From Psychrobacter sp. DM4 (lineage in GTDB: Bacteria; Pseudomonadota; Gammaproteobacteria; Pseudomonadales; Moraxellaceae): a DNA stretch of 32,000 nucleotides. Every line of letters begins with the position of its first letter. The first letter of the stretch is position 1. The position numbers were made by a program, and so were the translations under genes. The DNA is taken from NCBI RefSeq assembly GCF_051307035.1, contig NZ_CP195536.1:2490001-2522000 (forward strand), in the 5' to 3' direction. Of this stretch, positions 16,645-28,272 are shown piece by piece. The notes beneath the pieces are model-generated. The model had not been told where the DNA came from. It saw only the letters and a list, made by a program, of their open reading frames with translations, and ran no database searches.

Positions 16645-17574
16645 ATGACTATTAAATATAAAAAGGATAAACGCCTTATGACCTCAGCGCCTGTGACTAC
16701 TAAGCCCGATCAAAGCTTTGATGCTCGCTATGACAAGCGTTTATATAGCAAGCGCCGACTTATTAACAAGCTAGGACTTGGGTTTGCGCTGTCGGCTATG
16801 GGCTTTGGCTTATTTTGGCTCATGTGGATTCTGATTACGCTCGTAACCGAGGGTATTCAAGGTCTGGTCACGATGCCTGTATTTGTAGCAGATACCCCGC
16901 CGCCTATGAGTGAAGGCGGTCTGCGTAATGCTATCGTCGGCTCAATTATGCTCGCCTTTTCAGGGCTTGCGATTGGCGCGCCAATAGGTATGATGGCAGG
17001 TATTTATTTAGCGGAATTCTCACACGGTAGCATGCTAGGTAAAGTGACGCGCTTTTTAAATGATATTTTATTATCAGCACCATCAATCGTTATTGGTCTT
17101 TTTGTCTATGCGCTGATGGTTAAGGGGCAAAGCTTCTCAGGTTGGGCAGGTGCGGTAGCCTTAGCGCTAATTGTGGTTCCAGTGGTCGTACGCACCACTG
17201 AAAACATGCTCAATCTTGTACCCAACACCTTACGTGAAGCGGCTTATGCCCTTGGCACACCCAAATGGAAGCTGGTCAGTACGGTTACGCTAAAAGCGGC
17301 CAAAGCCGGCTTGACCACCGGCGTGCTATTAGCCTTTGCGCGGATTACGGGTGAGACCGCCCCACTGCTATTTACTGCGCTGAACAACCAGTACTTTAGT
17401 ACCGATATGACAGGACCCATGGCCAACTTACCGAACACCATCTATCAATTCGCGATGAGTCCGTATGACAATTGGCATGCACTGGCTTGGTCAGCGGCGC
17501 TACTCATTACGGGTACGGTATTAACGTTAAATATTGTCGCGCGATTAATCGGCGGCAAGGACCATAGTCGATAG
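16645..17574 (+). CDS. pstA: Phosphate ABC transporter permease PstA
   Basis: Membrane protein with REAAYALGTPKWK. It is third in the pst operon. An alternative start lies at 16678. Confidence 0.9.
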   Translation: MTIKYKKDKRLMTSAPVTTKPDQSFDARYDKRLYSKRRLINKLGLGFALSAMGFGLFWLMWILITLVTEGIQGLVTMPVFVADTPPPMSEGGLRNAIVGSIMLAFSGLAIGAPIGMMAGIYLAEFSHGSMLGKVTRFLNDILLSAPSIVIGLFVYALMVKGQSFSGWAGAVALALIVVPVVVRTTENMLNLVPNTLREAAYALGTPKWKLVSTVTLKAAKAGLTTGVLLAFARITGETAPLLFTALNNQYFSTDMTGPMANLPNTIYQFAMSPYDNWHALAWSAALLITGTVLTLNIVARLIGGKDHSR

Positions 17575-17659
17575 CTCAAAACGTTAAGGCGCATATTGAG
17601 GCACATCAAGGTGTATAGTACCCTTCATTTGATTTGACAAAAAATAAAGAGACAACACG

Positions 17660-18565
17660 ATGACTGATATATTAGAAAGAAAAAAAGTGAAGCAAACAGC
17701 GACTGTCAACACACGCAATCTACTGACACCGCCGACAACCAAAAGCCAGCAGCAGCCAGATAGATCAAGCTTTACGCAGCAGACAATGGCAGATATGCCT
17801 GATAACATGCCTGCGGCTAAAATAGCCATTCGCGATTTAAGTTTTTATTATGGCGATTTTCAAGCGTTAAAAAATATTAATATCGACATTCCAGAAAAGC
17901 AAGTTACTGCCTTTATTGGCCCCTCAGGCTGCGGCAAGTCAACGTTGCTGCGCACCTTTAATCGTATGTATGACTTGTATCCAAGTATGCATGCTGAAGG
18001 TCAAATCAGCCTTGATGGCAAAAACATTTTAGATAAGGATTTGGACGTCAATTTGCTACGGGCTCGCGTCGGTATGGTGTTCCAAAAGCCAACGCCCTTC
18101 CCTATGTCTATTTATGACAACGTCGCTTTTGGTGTCCGTCTATATGAAAAACTCAGCAAATCGGAGATGGATGAGCGTGTTGAGTGGGCGCTGAAAAAGG
18201 CCGCTTTGTGGCTTGAAGTCAAAGACAAGCTCAAAGCCTCAGGACTATCGCTGTCAGGCGGTCAACAGCAAAGGCTTTGTATTGCTCGCGGAGTCGCTAC
18301 CAAGCCTGAAGTACTACTATTAGATGAGCCGACTTCTGCCCTAGATCCTATCTCGACAGGGGCAATCGAAGAGCTGATCACAGATCTAAAAAATGATTAC
18401 ACCATTGCTATTGTCACGCACAACATGCAACAAGCGGCGCGCGTATCTGACTATACCGCCTATATGTATCTAGGCGATATGGTAGAGATGGGTGAGACTG
18501 ACCAGATATTTACCAATCCTGCGCAAAAAGCGACAGAGGATTATATTACTGGTCGTTATGGTTAA
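17660..18565 (+). CDS. pstB: Phosphate import ATP-binding protein PstB, with a roughly 42-aa N-terminal extension (or start at 17786)
   Basis: From residue 53 or so ([12 protein letters not shown]) it is near-collinear with E. coli PstB as I recall it, through Walker [24 protein letters not shown] and the C-terminal [13 protein letters not shown]. Confidence 0.92.
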   Translation: MTDILERKKVKQTATVNTRNLLTPPTTKSQQQPDRSSFTQQTMADMPDNMPAAKIAIRDLSFYYGDFQALKNINIDIPEKQVTAFIGPSGCGKSTLLRTFNRMYDLYPSMHAEGQISLDGKNILDKDLDVNLLRARVGMVFQKPTPFPMSIYDNVAFGVRLYEKLSKSEMDERVEWALKKAALWLEVKDKLKASGLSLSGGQQQRLCIARGVATKPEVLLLDEPTSALDPISTGAIEELITDLKNDYTIAIVTHNMQQAARVSDYTAYMYLGDMVEMGETDQIFTNPAQKATEDYITGRYG

Positions 18566-18643
18566 ATCCCTCATTACTAATAGTTAAGCTAGTTTTTGCT
18601 CGTATTTCTATTATCGATACCCTATATGACTCAGAGAGCCATT

Positions 18644-19375
18644 ATGCCAATCACTGAAAAGCACTTATCTAAAAGCTTTGACAATGAATTACATGACGTT
18701 ATCGATTTGTTTATGCAAATGGGACGTCTAGCTGCAGAGCAAGTCACCGTAGCGACGCGAGCGTTGATAGAAGCGGATGAACCAATAGCAAAAAAAGTCA
18801 TCGCAGATGATCAGCGCATCAATCAGTTAGAGATTACGATAGATGAGCAAATCTTATTATTAGTTGCTAAGCGCCAGCCAGCAGCCAATGACTTACGTCT
18901 GGTTATGGCGCTCAGTAAAGGCGTGGTCGATCTAGAACGTGTGGGCGACGAAGCCAGCAAGATTGCACGCATGGCGTGTCAGTTGATTGAAAACGGCGCC
19001 TCACCTAGAGGCTATTTAGAGGTGCAACATCTCTCCAATCAGGTGCGTCTCATGCTACTTGATGCTCTCAATGCCTTTATGCAGATGAATCCTCAGCAAG
19101 CGTTTTCGGTATTACAAAGCGATGATGCGGTCAACGAAGAGTATCAATCAGCTACCCGCGCTTTGATGACTTATATCATGGAGGACAGCCGCCATGTATC
19201 CAAGGTTATCAATATATTATGGGTACTGCGAGCGCTTGAACGCGTGGGCGATCATGCGCGCAATATTGCTGAATTAGTGATATTTTGTACTAGTGGCAAA
19301 GATGTACGCCATACTGACTTTGTGCAAGTACAACAAATCGTACAACAAACCACAAGCTTTGATACTCCTAAATAG
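18644..19375 (+). CDS. phoU: Phosphate signalling complex protein PhoU
   Basis: The start MPITEKHLSKSFDNEL aligns with the PhoU N-terminus, and repeated E(R/x)xGD motifs are present (LERVGDEASK, LERVGDHARN). The track ORF start at 18596 is probably too long. Confidence 0.9.
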   Translation: MPITEKHLSKSFDNELHDVIDLFMQMGRLAAEQVTVATRALIEADEPIAKKVIADDQRINQLEITIDEQILLLVAKRQPAANDLRLVMALSKGVVDLERVGDEASKIARMACQLIENGASPRGYLEVQHLSNQVRLMLLDALNAFMQMNPQQAFSVLQSDDAVNEEYQSATRALMTYIMEDSRHVSKVINILWVLRALERVGDHARNIAELVIFCTSGKDVRHTDFVQVQQIVQQTTSFDTPK

Positions 19376-19480
19376 AGCAGCGATTTATAAAATACATGCT
19401 AAGTTACGCCTGTTCTCACTTTTGGGTCTTAATTTAGTCTCGCTGCATTTACCCTTTAAAAAATCATACGTCCTACCCTT

Positions 19481-20104
19481 TTATCGATCAATCAGCCAGC
19501 TCTGCTCGGTTGCATAAGCAATTTGTTTAGATAACCAGTGGTGAATCATCGGGAAGCTATCTTTGATGAATACGTGAGCAGTAGCGACCTGACTACGAGT
19601 AACGCCAAGCTCAATCCAAGTTTTACCCTCAGTATTTAAATTAAGTAGAAACGGCAATAGGCGATCCACTACTTTGAGTAGTTGGGTCTCTTTGCTAATG
19701 CCTGTCTCTTGCGCCTCCCAGATCTGACTTAAATTAGTGATACCATTACCGCGCTCGCCCTCTAAACGGGCGATACCAGCACGCTCTTCGATATGAGCAG
19801 TATTACGATTGCTTGAGTACAAAAAAGTATCGCCAGCATCAATCTCACCTAGATCATGTACTAGTGCCATCTTTAGTAACTGTTCGTGATCGACGTCTAA
19901 CTCAAAAGTCTCAGCGATCGACCAACACGCCATCGCTAGGTGCCAAGAGTGCTCGGCTGAGTTTTCTTTGCGCGTTGTGCCTGTCACATAACTGCGCCGA
20001 TCGACTCGTTTTAGGGCGTCTAGTGATAGTAAAAACTCTGTAATCTCATCTACAGTGGAAGTCGAGGCAAGTATTGGCGCTACTAGTGACATAAATGTTC
20101 TCAA
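19481..20104 (-). CDS. HD-domain phosphohydrolase (YfbR-like 5'-nucleotidase family)
   Basis: AEHSWHLAMA ... LVHDLGEIDAGD (H...HD...D metal-binding motifs). TTG start at 20104, with an alternative ATG at 20092. Confidence 0.78.
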   Translation of the reverse strand: MRTFMSLVAPILASTSTVDEITEFLLSLDALKRVDRRSYVTGTTRKENSAEHSWHLAMACWSIAETFELDVDHEQLLKMALVHDLGEIDAGDTFLYSSNRNTAHIEERAGIARLEGERGNGITNLSQIWEAQETGISKETQLLKVVDRLLPFLLNLNTEGKTWIELGVTRSQVATAHVFIKDSFPMIHHWLSKQIAYATEQSWLIDR

Positions 20105-20141
20105 GCTTTTGGCGATAAATTCTAGGTAAAATTACTATTCA

Positions 20142-20717
20142 CTATTTGATCAAGTTGCTAATGGTCTTAAATGCAGGGTCTTGGCTGCTACGGCACAGCT
20201 CAAACAAGATGGTCTCTACCGTAGTAATAACACCGCCAGCACGGCGAATACGGCGAATGGCTTGCTTTTTATCGTAAGGAAAACGTGATCCAACCGCATC
20301 CCCAATGATGACTGGTTGCATACCGTTATCGAGTAGATCAAGCGCAGTTTGTAAGACGCAAACATGAGCCTCTACGCCACATAACAAAACCACACTACGG
20401 TTTTGCTGCGCTATATGATTCCACGAATCATTATTATCACAGGCGCTAAAGGTCACTTTTTCAAAGCCCTTAGCATTACTACCTTCTAGTACTGCTTTGA
20501 CTTCAGGTAGCGTGTCGCCCAAGCCTTTTTTGTATTGTTCGTTGAGCATAATGGGAATATCAAGTGCTTGCAGACCTTTGATCAGGGTTATTGTCTTTTT
20601 GACGATATTTTCGTAATCAAAAATATGCGGTGTCAAGCGCTCTTGTACATCGATAATCATAATTTGCGTGTCTTCGCGAGCGATACGGTAGGTGCGATCA
20701 GTAATCATAGTAGGCAT
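20142..20717 (-). CDS. Isochorismatase-family cysteine hydrolase
   Basis: IMIIDVQE (catalytic Asp region) and LLCGVEAHVCV (catalytic Cys region). A strong AAGGAG Shine-Dalgarno is present. A 37-bp gap separates it from the downstream HD gene. Confidence 0.8.
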   Translation of the reverse strand: MPTMITDRTYRIAREDTQIMIIDVQERLTPHIFDYENIVKKTITLIKGLQALDIPIMLNEQYKKGLGDTLPEVKAVLEGSNAKGFEKVTFSACDNNDSWNHIAQQNRSVVLLCGVEAHVCVLQTALDLLDNGMQPVIIGDAVGSRFPYDKKQAIRRIRRAGGVITTVETILFELCRSSQDPAFKTISNLIK

Positions 20718-20871
20718 AGTACACTCCTTGTACGTCTGTAGCTGTGTGCTACAGAACTTTATAATCTAAATTTATTCTCTATCCTTATTTAGTCATATTT
20801 TGTTGAGGGCGTCAATGACGATAAGTGTGATTAACAACTTGTCACTCAAGTTCACATATAAAAAGCTGAAT

Positions 20872-20903
20872 AAAAAACCCCCAGCCAAGAAGACTAGGGG
20901 TTT
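20872..20903 (-). terminator. Intrinsic terminator after fadA
   Basis: On the minus strand: AAACCCC-tagtcttcttggct-GGGGGTTTTTT. Confidence 0.7.
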
Positions 20904-20943
20904 GAATAAAACGGTTAGATATTTATTTATCTAAATTAAAAGC

Positions 20944-22167
<1,224 letters not shown>

Positions 22168-22235
22168 TCACAAGTCAGCAGACTTACGGCACTTATCCTA
22201 ATACGCTATATAAAAATACAGGCTGTACTCTGTGG

Positions 22236-24395
22236 TTACGCAGTGGCGTAAAACGTCTCACCAGCAGCGGCCATATCGCGAATCTTTTGCGGCGCTTCAT
22301 ACGCTTTGCCAAGGTGCGCATATTTTTCACATAGTGCCAAGTAGTTATCGAGACCCATCTGATCAATATAACGACAAGGACCCCCACGGAACGGCGGGAA
22401 ACCAACGCCCATAATCATCGCCATATCAGCCTCTGATGGTGTGCTTACGATATTGTCTTCTAAACAGCGGACTGTCTCGTTACAGAAGGCAAGCATAGTA
22501 CGGTCGATGATCGCTTGATCATCAAACGTTTGCTTTTCGCTATCGCTAGTCGCTTTTAGTAGCTCATAAGTGGCGTCATCAGCTGTCTTTTTCGGCTTGC
22601 CGCGCTTGTCCATCTCATACTTATAGAAGCCAACGCCGTTTTTCTGACCCAGACGCTTGTTCTCGTATAGATGCTCAATAGCGCCTTTATAATCAGGCTT
22701 CATGCGATCAGGAAAACCTTCTGCCATAACCTCTGCGCCATGTACACCAGTATCTAAACCGACAACGTCGATGAGGTACGCCGGACCCATAGGCCAGCCG
22801 AATTTTTCCATGACTTTATCGACATGGACAAAGTCAGCGCCTTGCTTTAGTAACAAGTCAAACGCACCAAAGTATGGGAATAGCACACGGTTGACTAAAA
22901 AGCCTGGGCAATCATTAACGACAACAGGTACTTTACCCATTTTTGAGGCTAATGCTACGGTAGTGGCGATTGCTTCTTCTGACGATTTTTCGCCGCGAAT
23001 GACTTCAACCAGTGGCATACGATGTACTGGGTTAAAGAAATGCATACCAACGAAGTTCTCAGGGCGTGCAAGCTCTTCGGCTAAGTAAGTGATTGAGATG
23101 GTCGATGTGTTTGAGGCGATGATGGCATCGTCTTTGACTAAGCCTTCAACTTCTTTTAGTACCGAACGCTTAATTTTTGGATTTTCAACGACAGCTTCAA
23201 TAACGATATCAGTATCGCTAAAATCGCCATAATTTAGCGTTGGACGAATACGGCTTAAAGTCTCGCCCATTTTAGCTGGGGTCATTTTGCCGCGTTCGAC
23301 CATTTTGCCAAGCAGTTTGCTGGCCTCACCCATGCCTAAATCTAATTGCTCAGATTTGATATCTTTCATGATGATGGGCAAGCCTTTGCTCGCTGCTTGA
23401 TAAGCAATACCGCCGCCCATGATACCTGCGCCCAATACAGCTGCTTCATTGATATCGTGTGCTTGCTTGCTGTGCTTTTTGGCTAATTTTTTGACCAATT
23501 GATCACTTAAGAATAGACCGACTAAGCTCTCAGCTTGTGGCGTCTTGGCCGCTTTTGCGAAGTAAGTCGCTTCGACTTCAATCGCTTGATCACGTGGCAA
23601 GTTCACATGCTTTTCTATCGCTTCGATAGCGAGTGCTGGCGCAGGATACTGCTTAGGATTGGCTTTAGCAAAGATCATCGCTTTTGCGCTATTGAACGCC
23701 ATCGCTTGCTCAAGCTGATTGAGCTTGATTGGATTGAGCTTCTCTTCACGCTTGGCTTGCCAATCGATCTCGCCTGAGATGCACTTTTTGACCAAATCAA
23801 CAGCGGCGTCTTGTAGATCGTCTGCGCTGACGACTGCGTCAACGAGGCCTAGCTTTAGAGCGGCGATTGGTTTTTTGGGACTACCCGTTGCGATAAGCTC
23901 TAACGCGTTATCAATACCGATGACGCGCGTACTACGCACAGTACCACCAAAGCCTGGGAAGATGCCTAGCTGAGTTTCTGGTAGACCGATAATGGCTTTT
24001 TCGCTCATGACACGGTATTCACATACCAAAGTCATCTCACAACCACCACCTAGTGCTGCACCATTGATAGCCGCGACTTTTGGGAATGGTAGATCTTCAA
24101 AGCGATTGAAAGCATCGTTGACTTTGATGCCCCAAGCTTTGATATCTTCCTCTGAATTTTTGAACGAAGCCACAAACTCTGTGATATCCGCTCCAGCGAT
24201 AAACACGCCTTTGCCTGAGGTGACAATAAGGCCTTTGACGTCGTCTGACTTCTCTAATGCGGTAATAGCTTCGCCAAATTGGGTGTTGGTCTCGGTATCG
24301 AACTTGTTCACGCTCTCATTTTCAGCGTTGTATTGCATATTAGCGATGCCATCCTCTAGCATGCTTACCGTAATACGATTTCCTTGGTATACCAT
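22236..24395 (-). CDS. fadB: Fatty-acid oxidation complex alpha subunit FadB (enoyl-CoA hydratase / 3-hydroxyacyl-CoA dehydrogenase)
   Basis: [10 protein letters not shown]... start with an AAGGAG Shine-Dalgarno. It has a crotonase domain followed by the NAD-binding motif [14 protein letters not shown]. The 28-aa extension in the track ORF (start 24479) is unlikely. Confidence 0.95.
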   Translation of the reverse strand: MVYQGNRITVSMLEDGIANMQYNAENESVNKFDTETNTQFGEAITALEKSDDVKGLIVTSGKGVFIAGADITEFVASFKNSEEDIKAWGIKVNDAFNRFEDLPFPKVAAINGAALGGGCEMTLVCEYRVMSEKAIIGLPETQLGIFPGFGGTVRSTRVIGIDNALELIATGSPKKPIAALKLGLVDAVVSADDLQDAAVDLVKKCISGEIDWQAKREEKLNPIKLNQLEQAMAFNSAKAMIFAKANPKQYPAPALAIEAIEKHVNLPRDQAIEVEATYFAKAAKTPQAESLVGLFLSDQLVKKLAKKHSKQAHDINEAAVLGAGIMGGGIAYQAASKGLPIIMKDIKSEQLDLGMGEASKLLGKMVERGKMTPAKMGETLSRIRPTLNYGDFSDTDIVIEAVVENPKIKRSVLKEVEGLVKDDAIIASNTSTISITYLAEELARPENFVGMHFFNPVHRMPLVEVIRGEKSSEEAIATTVALASKMGKVPVVVNDCPGFLVNRVLFPYFGAFDLLLKQGADFVHVDKVMEKFGWPMGPAYLIDVVGLDTGVHGAEVMAEGFPDRMKPDYKGAIEHLYENKRLGQKNGVGFYKYEMDKRGKPKKTADDATYELLKATSDSEKQTFDDQAIIDRTMLAFCNETVRCLEDNIVSTPSEADMAMIMGVGFPPFRGGPCRYIDQMGLDNYLALCEKYAHLGKAYEAPQKIRDMAAAGETFYATA

Positions 24396-25005
24396 TTGAA
24401 ACTCCTTGCTACGTTTAAAGTTTAAAAGCGGGATGATGAAAATTATTGAATAAATGCTACGGTGATAACGAGTAGTCACTTATTAATAATTGAAGTAATA
24501 ATACGACCAATAATATCAAAGCCCACTTATAGTGATAAGTAGGATTTTTGGCGTATGACGTGATTGTATATTATTATTTAGTGCACACAATTCACATTAA
24601 ATGTTTGTGTCTACTGACTTTGACTGGCTTGTACCGTCAATTAGTGTAGGGGATTGTGCCCCTAACTGTCACAAGCTAAAACCGCACTCGTAAGTCACTC
24701 TTAAAGCCAGATTGAGTGTTTACTTGACTACTAACGTCCTTTATTTGAATACCGACAAACTAGAAGTAATTATTGATAAACTCAAAAGGGCCAAATCTTA
24801 CTACAAGTACTTTCTTATCAGAACATATTCAAAGAACAAATTAAATCACCAATACGTAACCAAATTTAGTCACATTCTTAGAATACAGAACATACAAACC
24901 CCTAAAACACAGCCTTGTCAAAACGCTCATACTTACCCTTATATCTATCATGTTACACTAGCGGCGGCAGTTTTATATCTATCTACTTAGTGATTGAATT
25001 TACCT

Positions 25006-26040
25006 ATGTCTTTTATACCTCAGTTTGTTCCCTTAAATAACTTTGATACTTTTCATAATGCTTTACGCGTACAGTTAGCGCAGGATATTAGCACCCTATT
25101 TGCCTATGCTGATTTGCCAAGCCCACTTGAAGACGCTTGTCGCTATGTGATGACGGGACAAGGCAAGCTCGTTCGCCCTTTATTAGTCGCTAGTAGTTTT
25201 GCTTATATCTGTGAAGATAAGGTTGGAGTAGATACAAGGGCGGCAAATAGCAATTCTATAAGCACAGATTTGACCAACCCTCACTCAGTAGATGGCAACT
25301 TAGAGACCATCTTAGATTATGACTCGCGCTATGACATGTGTAGACGGGCGGCATTGGCGGTAGAGCTGTTGCACACCTATTCATTAGTACATGATGATTT
25401 GCCTTGTATGGATGACGATGAGCTGCGCCGAGGACAGCCGACCGCTCATATCGTCTTTGATGAAGCCACCGCACTACTGGCGGGCGATGTATTACAAACC
25501 TTGGCTTTTGAAGTGCTTACTGCCGAGATGCCGACTTTTGCACCCTTTGATACGACGCTTGCCAGTATGATGTCAGCGGTATTCGCGCCACGTGCGCGGC
25601 GGATGGTAGCCGGTCAAATGCTTGATCTCAATGCGGAGGCAAGCGCTACTATCTCGCAAATGGATTTAGAAGCCATCCACCGTGACAAAACAGGCGCACT
25701 GATAGAGGCCGCTATGCTGATGGGTGGCATCTGTGCGGGTGCGACCGCAGAGCAGCGCATGGCATTACAAGACTGCGCGCAGCATATCGGTCTCGCCTTT
25801 CAGGTGCAAGATGATATTTTGGATGTGACGACCAGCACGGATACGCTAGGCAAACCCGCTGGCAGCGATGAAAAACTAGACAAATCGACTTACGTCAAAT
25901 TGATGGGTGTCGAAAGCGCAAAAAATCATGCGCAGTCGCTGTTTGACGATGGGCGCGTAGCCATTACTCGTGAGCTACCAGACGATAATAACAATGCACT
26001 ACTGGCACTTATAGAATGGTTATGGGCTAGAAAAAAGTAG
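25006..26040 (+). CDS. ispA: (2E,6E)-farnesyl diphosphate synthase (polyprenyl synthetase family)
   Basis: FARM LVHDDLPCMDDDELRRG and SARM FQVQDDILD. The start is uncertain: ATG at 25006 or TTG at 24994, neither with a clear Shine-Dalgarno. Confidence 0.85.
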   Translation: MSFIPQFVPLNNFDTFHNALRVQLAQDISTLFAYADLPSPLEDACRYVMTGQGKLVRPLLVASSFAYICEDKVGVDTRAANSNSISTDLTNPHSVDGNLETILDYDSRYDMCRRAALAVELLHTYSLVHDDLPCMDDDELRRGQPTAHIVFDEATALLAGDVLQTLAFEVLTAEMPTFAPFDTTLASMMSAVFAPRARRMVAGQMLDLNAEASATISQMDLEAIHRDKTGALIEAAMLMGGICAGATAEQRMALQDCAQHIGLAFQVQDDILDVTTSTDTLGKPAGSDEKLDKSTYVKLMGVESAKNHAQSLFDDGRVAITRELPDDNNNALLALIEWLWARKK

Positions 26041-26102
26041 CCTTATAAGTAGCCACTTTATAAGTAGCAAACCGAAAGCTTAATCATTAAAGAGTGGTCA
26101 AC

Positions 26103-26921
26103 ATGGACAGTCATCTGACACCTACCATTTATATCGGCACTGGCGGCTACAGTGATACCGACTTACTTGGTACGCTATATCCTAAAGGCACTAAGAAAAC
26201 GGACTTTTTGCGCGAATATGCCAAGCAGTACGGTGCGGTCGAGATAAACAGCACCTTTTATGCGCCTATCGGGCAAAAGGCCTTTGCCGGTATGGTCAAT
26301 AAGGCTTATGTACAAACGGACAGCCAGCTCAAATTTGCCGTCAAGCTCCATCAAGACTTTACGCACGCGCGTAAGGGTACTAGCGATCATGCACAGGCTT
26401 TTTTGAATGCGCTTACGCCACTTATCGAAGCGGATTGTCTAGCACCGTTATTACTCCAGTTCCCGCACGGCTTTGATCGTACTCGCGCGCATCGGCTATA
26501 TCTTGCCAATTTGGTGAGCTGGTTTGGTGATTATCCGCTCGCGGTCGAATTTCGCCATAGTGCGTGGCATACCCCGCAAGTCGTCGATAGCTTTGAAGAG
26601 CAAGGTCTGATTTGGTGTAGCGTCGATTATCCAAAAGTAAACGGTCTACCACCTTCGCGCTTAATATTTACTGAACGTACGGGGTATTTGCGCATGCATG
26701 GCAATAATTTGGATTGGTGGGGCGCAATGAGTGCGAGCGACCGTCATGATTATCGTTATAGCGAGTCGGAAATGCAGGACTGGGCACAGACCATTGCCAA
26801 TCAGCGCGAGCATTTTGATACGCTCTACATCTTCTTTCAAAATACCGTCAATGCCCATGCGTATTATAATATTGCGATGCTCAGAGAGGCGTTAGGTAAG
26901 TTTGGGTTTGAAGTATTGTAG
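26103..26921 (+). CDS. DUF72-family protein (YecE-like)
   Basis: YIGTGGYSD...FLREYAKQYGAVEINSTFY is the DUF72 N-terminal signature. An AAAGAG Shine-Dalgarno lies 8 nt before the ATG at 26103. Confidence 0.8.
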   Translation: MDSHLTPTIYIGTGGYSDTDLLGTLYPKGTKKTDFLREYAKQYGAVEINSTFYAPIGQKAFAGMVNKAYVQTDSQLKFAVKLHQDFTHARKGTSDHAQAFLNALTPLIEADCLAPLLLQFPHGFDRTRAHRLYLANLVSWFGDYPLAVEFRHSAWHTPQVVDSFEEQGLIWCSVDYPKVNGLPPSRLIFTERTGYLRMHGNNLDWWGAMSASDRHDYRYSESEMQDWAQTIANQREHFDTLYIFFQNTVNAHAYYNIAMLREALGKFGFEVL

Positions 26922-27054
26922 GGTCGCGTAGGGTGCGGTTAGTTTTATATAATTTTAATAGAAAATCCTATTTAAAGGATTTTCCTTGCAAGCCTAACGA
27001 AGCAGTGCCTCTTTTTTACGGCTTTCAGGTTACGCTGCGCTAACCGCACCCTAC
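26919..27054. repeat. REP/MITE-like composite element (repeat family 2) with 15-bp perfect terminal inverted repeats
   Basis: gtagggtgcggttag (26928-26942) pairs with ctaaccgcaccctac (27040-27054). The AT-rich core holds a 9-bp perfect hairpin gaaaatcct/aggattttc (26961-26984). The leader gtagggtcgc overlaps the DUF72 stop codon. Confidence 0.7.
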
Positions 27055-27109
27055 AAATACTACGTATTGAAATTTATCCTCAACCTTCCAAAAGAGCTCA
27101 CCAAATTCA

Positions 27110-28261
27110 ATGGATTCACTCAGTCAAATCGTCTTAGGCGCGAGCATACAAGGCGCTATTCTCGGTAAATATCAAGGTCGCAAAGCCTATCTATACGGCG
27201 CAATGCTAGGCACGCTGCCTGATTTGGACGTGCTTATCCGCTACGGTGATCCGATTAGCAATATGACCTACCATCGCGGCTTTAGTCACTCGCTAATCGT
27301 CTTGACTGCTGTCGGACTAATCGGCTCTTGGCTTATTTTACGCTACCATCAATGGCGCGATATGCCACTGCCCTACTCAGGTAAACGCTTGGCACTCTCC
27401 ATGACTTTAGCATTGACCACGCATCCTATTTTGGATAGCTTTACGGTATATGGCACGCAACTGTTGTGGCCGTTACAAGAGTCTTTATCGCTCACGCCTT
27501 TTAGCATCGCTTCCGTCTTTATCATCGATCCGCTGTTTACCATTCCGCTACTGATTGCGATGATTATCGGATTTGTTAAGGGTCGTAAGCTAAGTGTTTT
27601 TAAGTCAGGACTCTTAGCGAATTGTCAGCGTTTCGCGGTTTGGATGCTCGTTGTTAGCAGTAGCTACTTGTTATTATCGCTAAGTCTAAAATATTACGCC
27701 CAAGACCAAGCCAAGCAAACTTTGGCGGCGGCTAATATCTACAACATCACTCGTATCAAAACTATGCCGATGCTACCGACGATTCTGATGTGGCGCACAG
27801 TGGCTGAAGACGATCAAAATAGCTTGATTGAGATACGCGGTAGCGTGCTCGATAGCCGTTTACCTGAATATCGTTACTTGACGCGGTATGAAGACCCACA
27901 AACAATTAAAGCTACAATACCGCAAATCAATCAACATCACGCTAAACGCTTAGAGTGGTTCTCAGGTGATTGGATAGGTTATCGAACGCAAACGCTCAAT
28001 GATAACTCTACTCAAAGTACGCAACTCGTCGTCGATGATTTACGAATGATGGCAGGTGATACGGCGTTTTTTAGTTTTGTATTAGCGGATAAAGACAAGC
28101 AAGAGTCACAATGGCAAGCGATCATGCCGATAGACGCGCCAGTGATAAATATTGATAATAAACCTCAGCTTTCGCGCTTCGAATTGGTTAAGCAAGGGTT
28201 TGTAAGGGTGTTTGATGAATCAGTTATGGATGAGGATAGCGGTTGGATTTTGGTTAATTAA
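27110..28261 (+). CDS. Membrane-bound metal-dependent hydrolase (YdjM/YbcI, DUF457-like) with a long C-terminal domain
   Basis: The N-terminus MDSLSQIVLGA...GTLPDLDVLI...HRGFSHSL is typical of the family. Several hydrophobic helices follow, then a roughly 190-aa soluble C-terminal region. Confidence 0.72.
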   Translation: MDSLSQIVLGASIQGAILGKYQGRKAYLYGAMLGTLPDLDVLIRYGDPISNMTYHRGFSHSLIVLTAVGLIGSWLILRYHQWRDMPLPYSGKRLALSMTLALTTHPILDSFTVYGTQLLWPLQESLSLTPFSIASVFIIDPLFTIPLLIAMIIGFVKGRKLSVFKSGLLANCQRFAVWMLVVSSSYLLLSLSLKYYAQDQAKQTLAAANIYNITRIKTMPMLPTILMWRTVAEDDQNSLIEIRGSVLDSRLPEYRYLTRYEDPQTIKATIPQINQHHAKRLEWFSGDWIGYRTQTLNDNSTQSTQLVVDDLRMMAGDTAFFSFVLADKDKQESQWQAIMPIDAPVINIDNKPQLSRFELVKQGFVRVFDESVMDEDSGWILVN

Positions 28262-28272
28262 GATTGATAGTA

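Noticed and set aside
24712-24990. 92-aa ORF between fadB and ispA
   Set aside because: It has a non-ATG start, no Shine-Dalgarno, and a Lys/Tyr/Asn/Thr-rich low-complexity translation with no recognisable domain. I treat it as non-coding.
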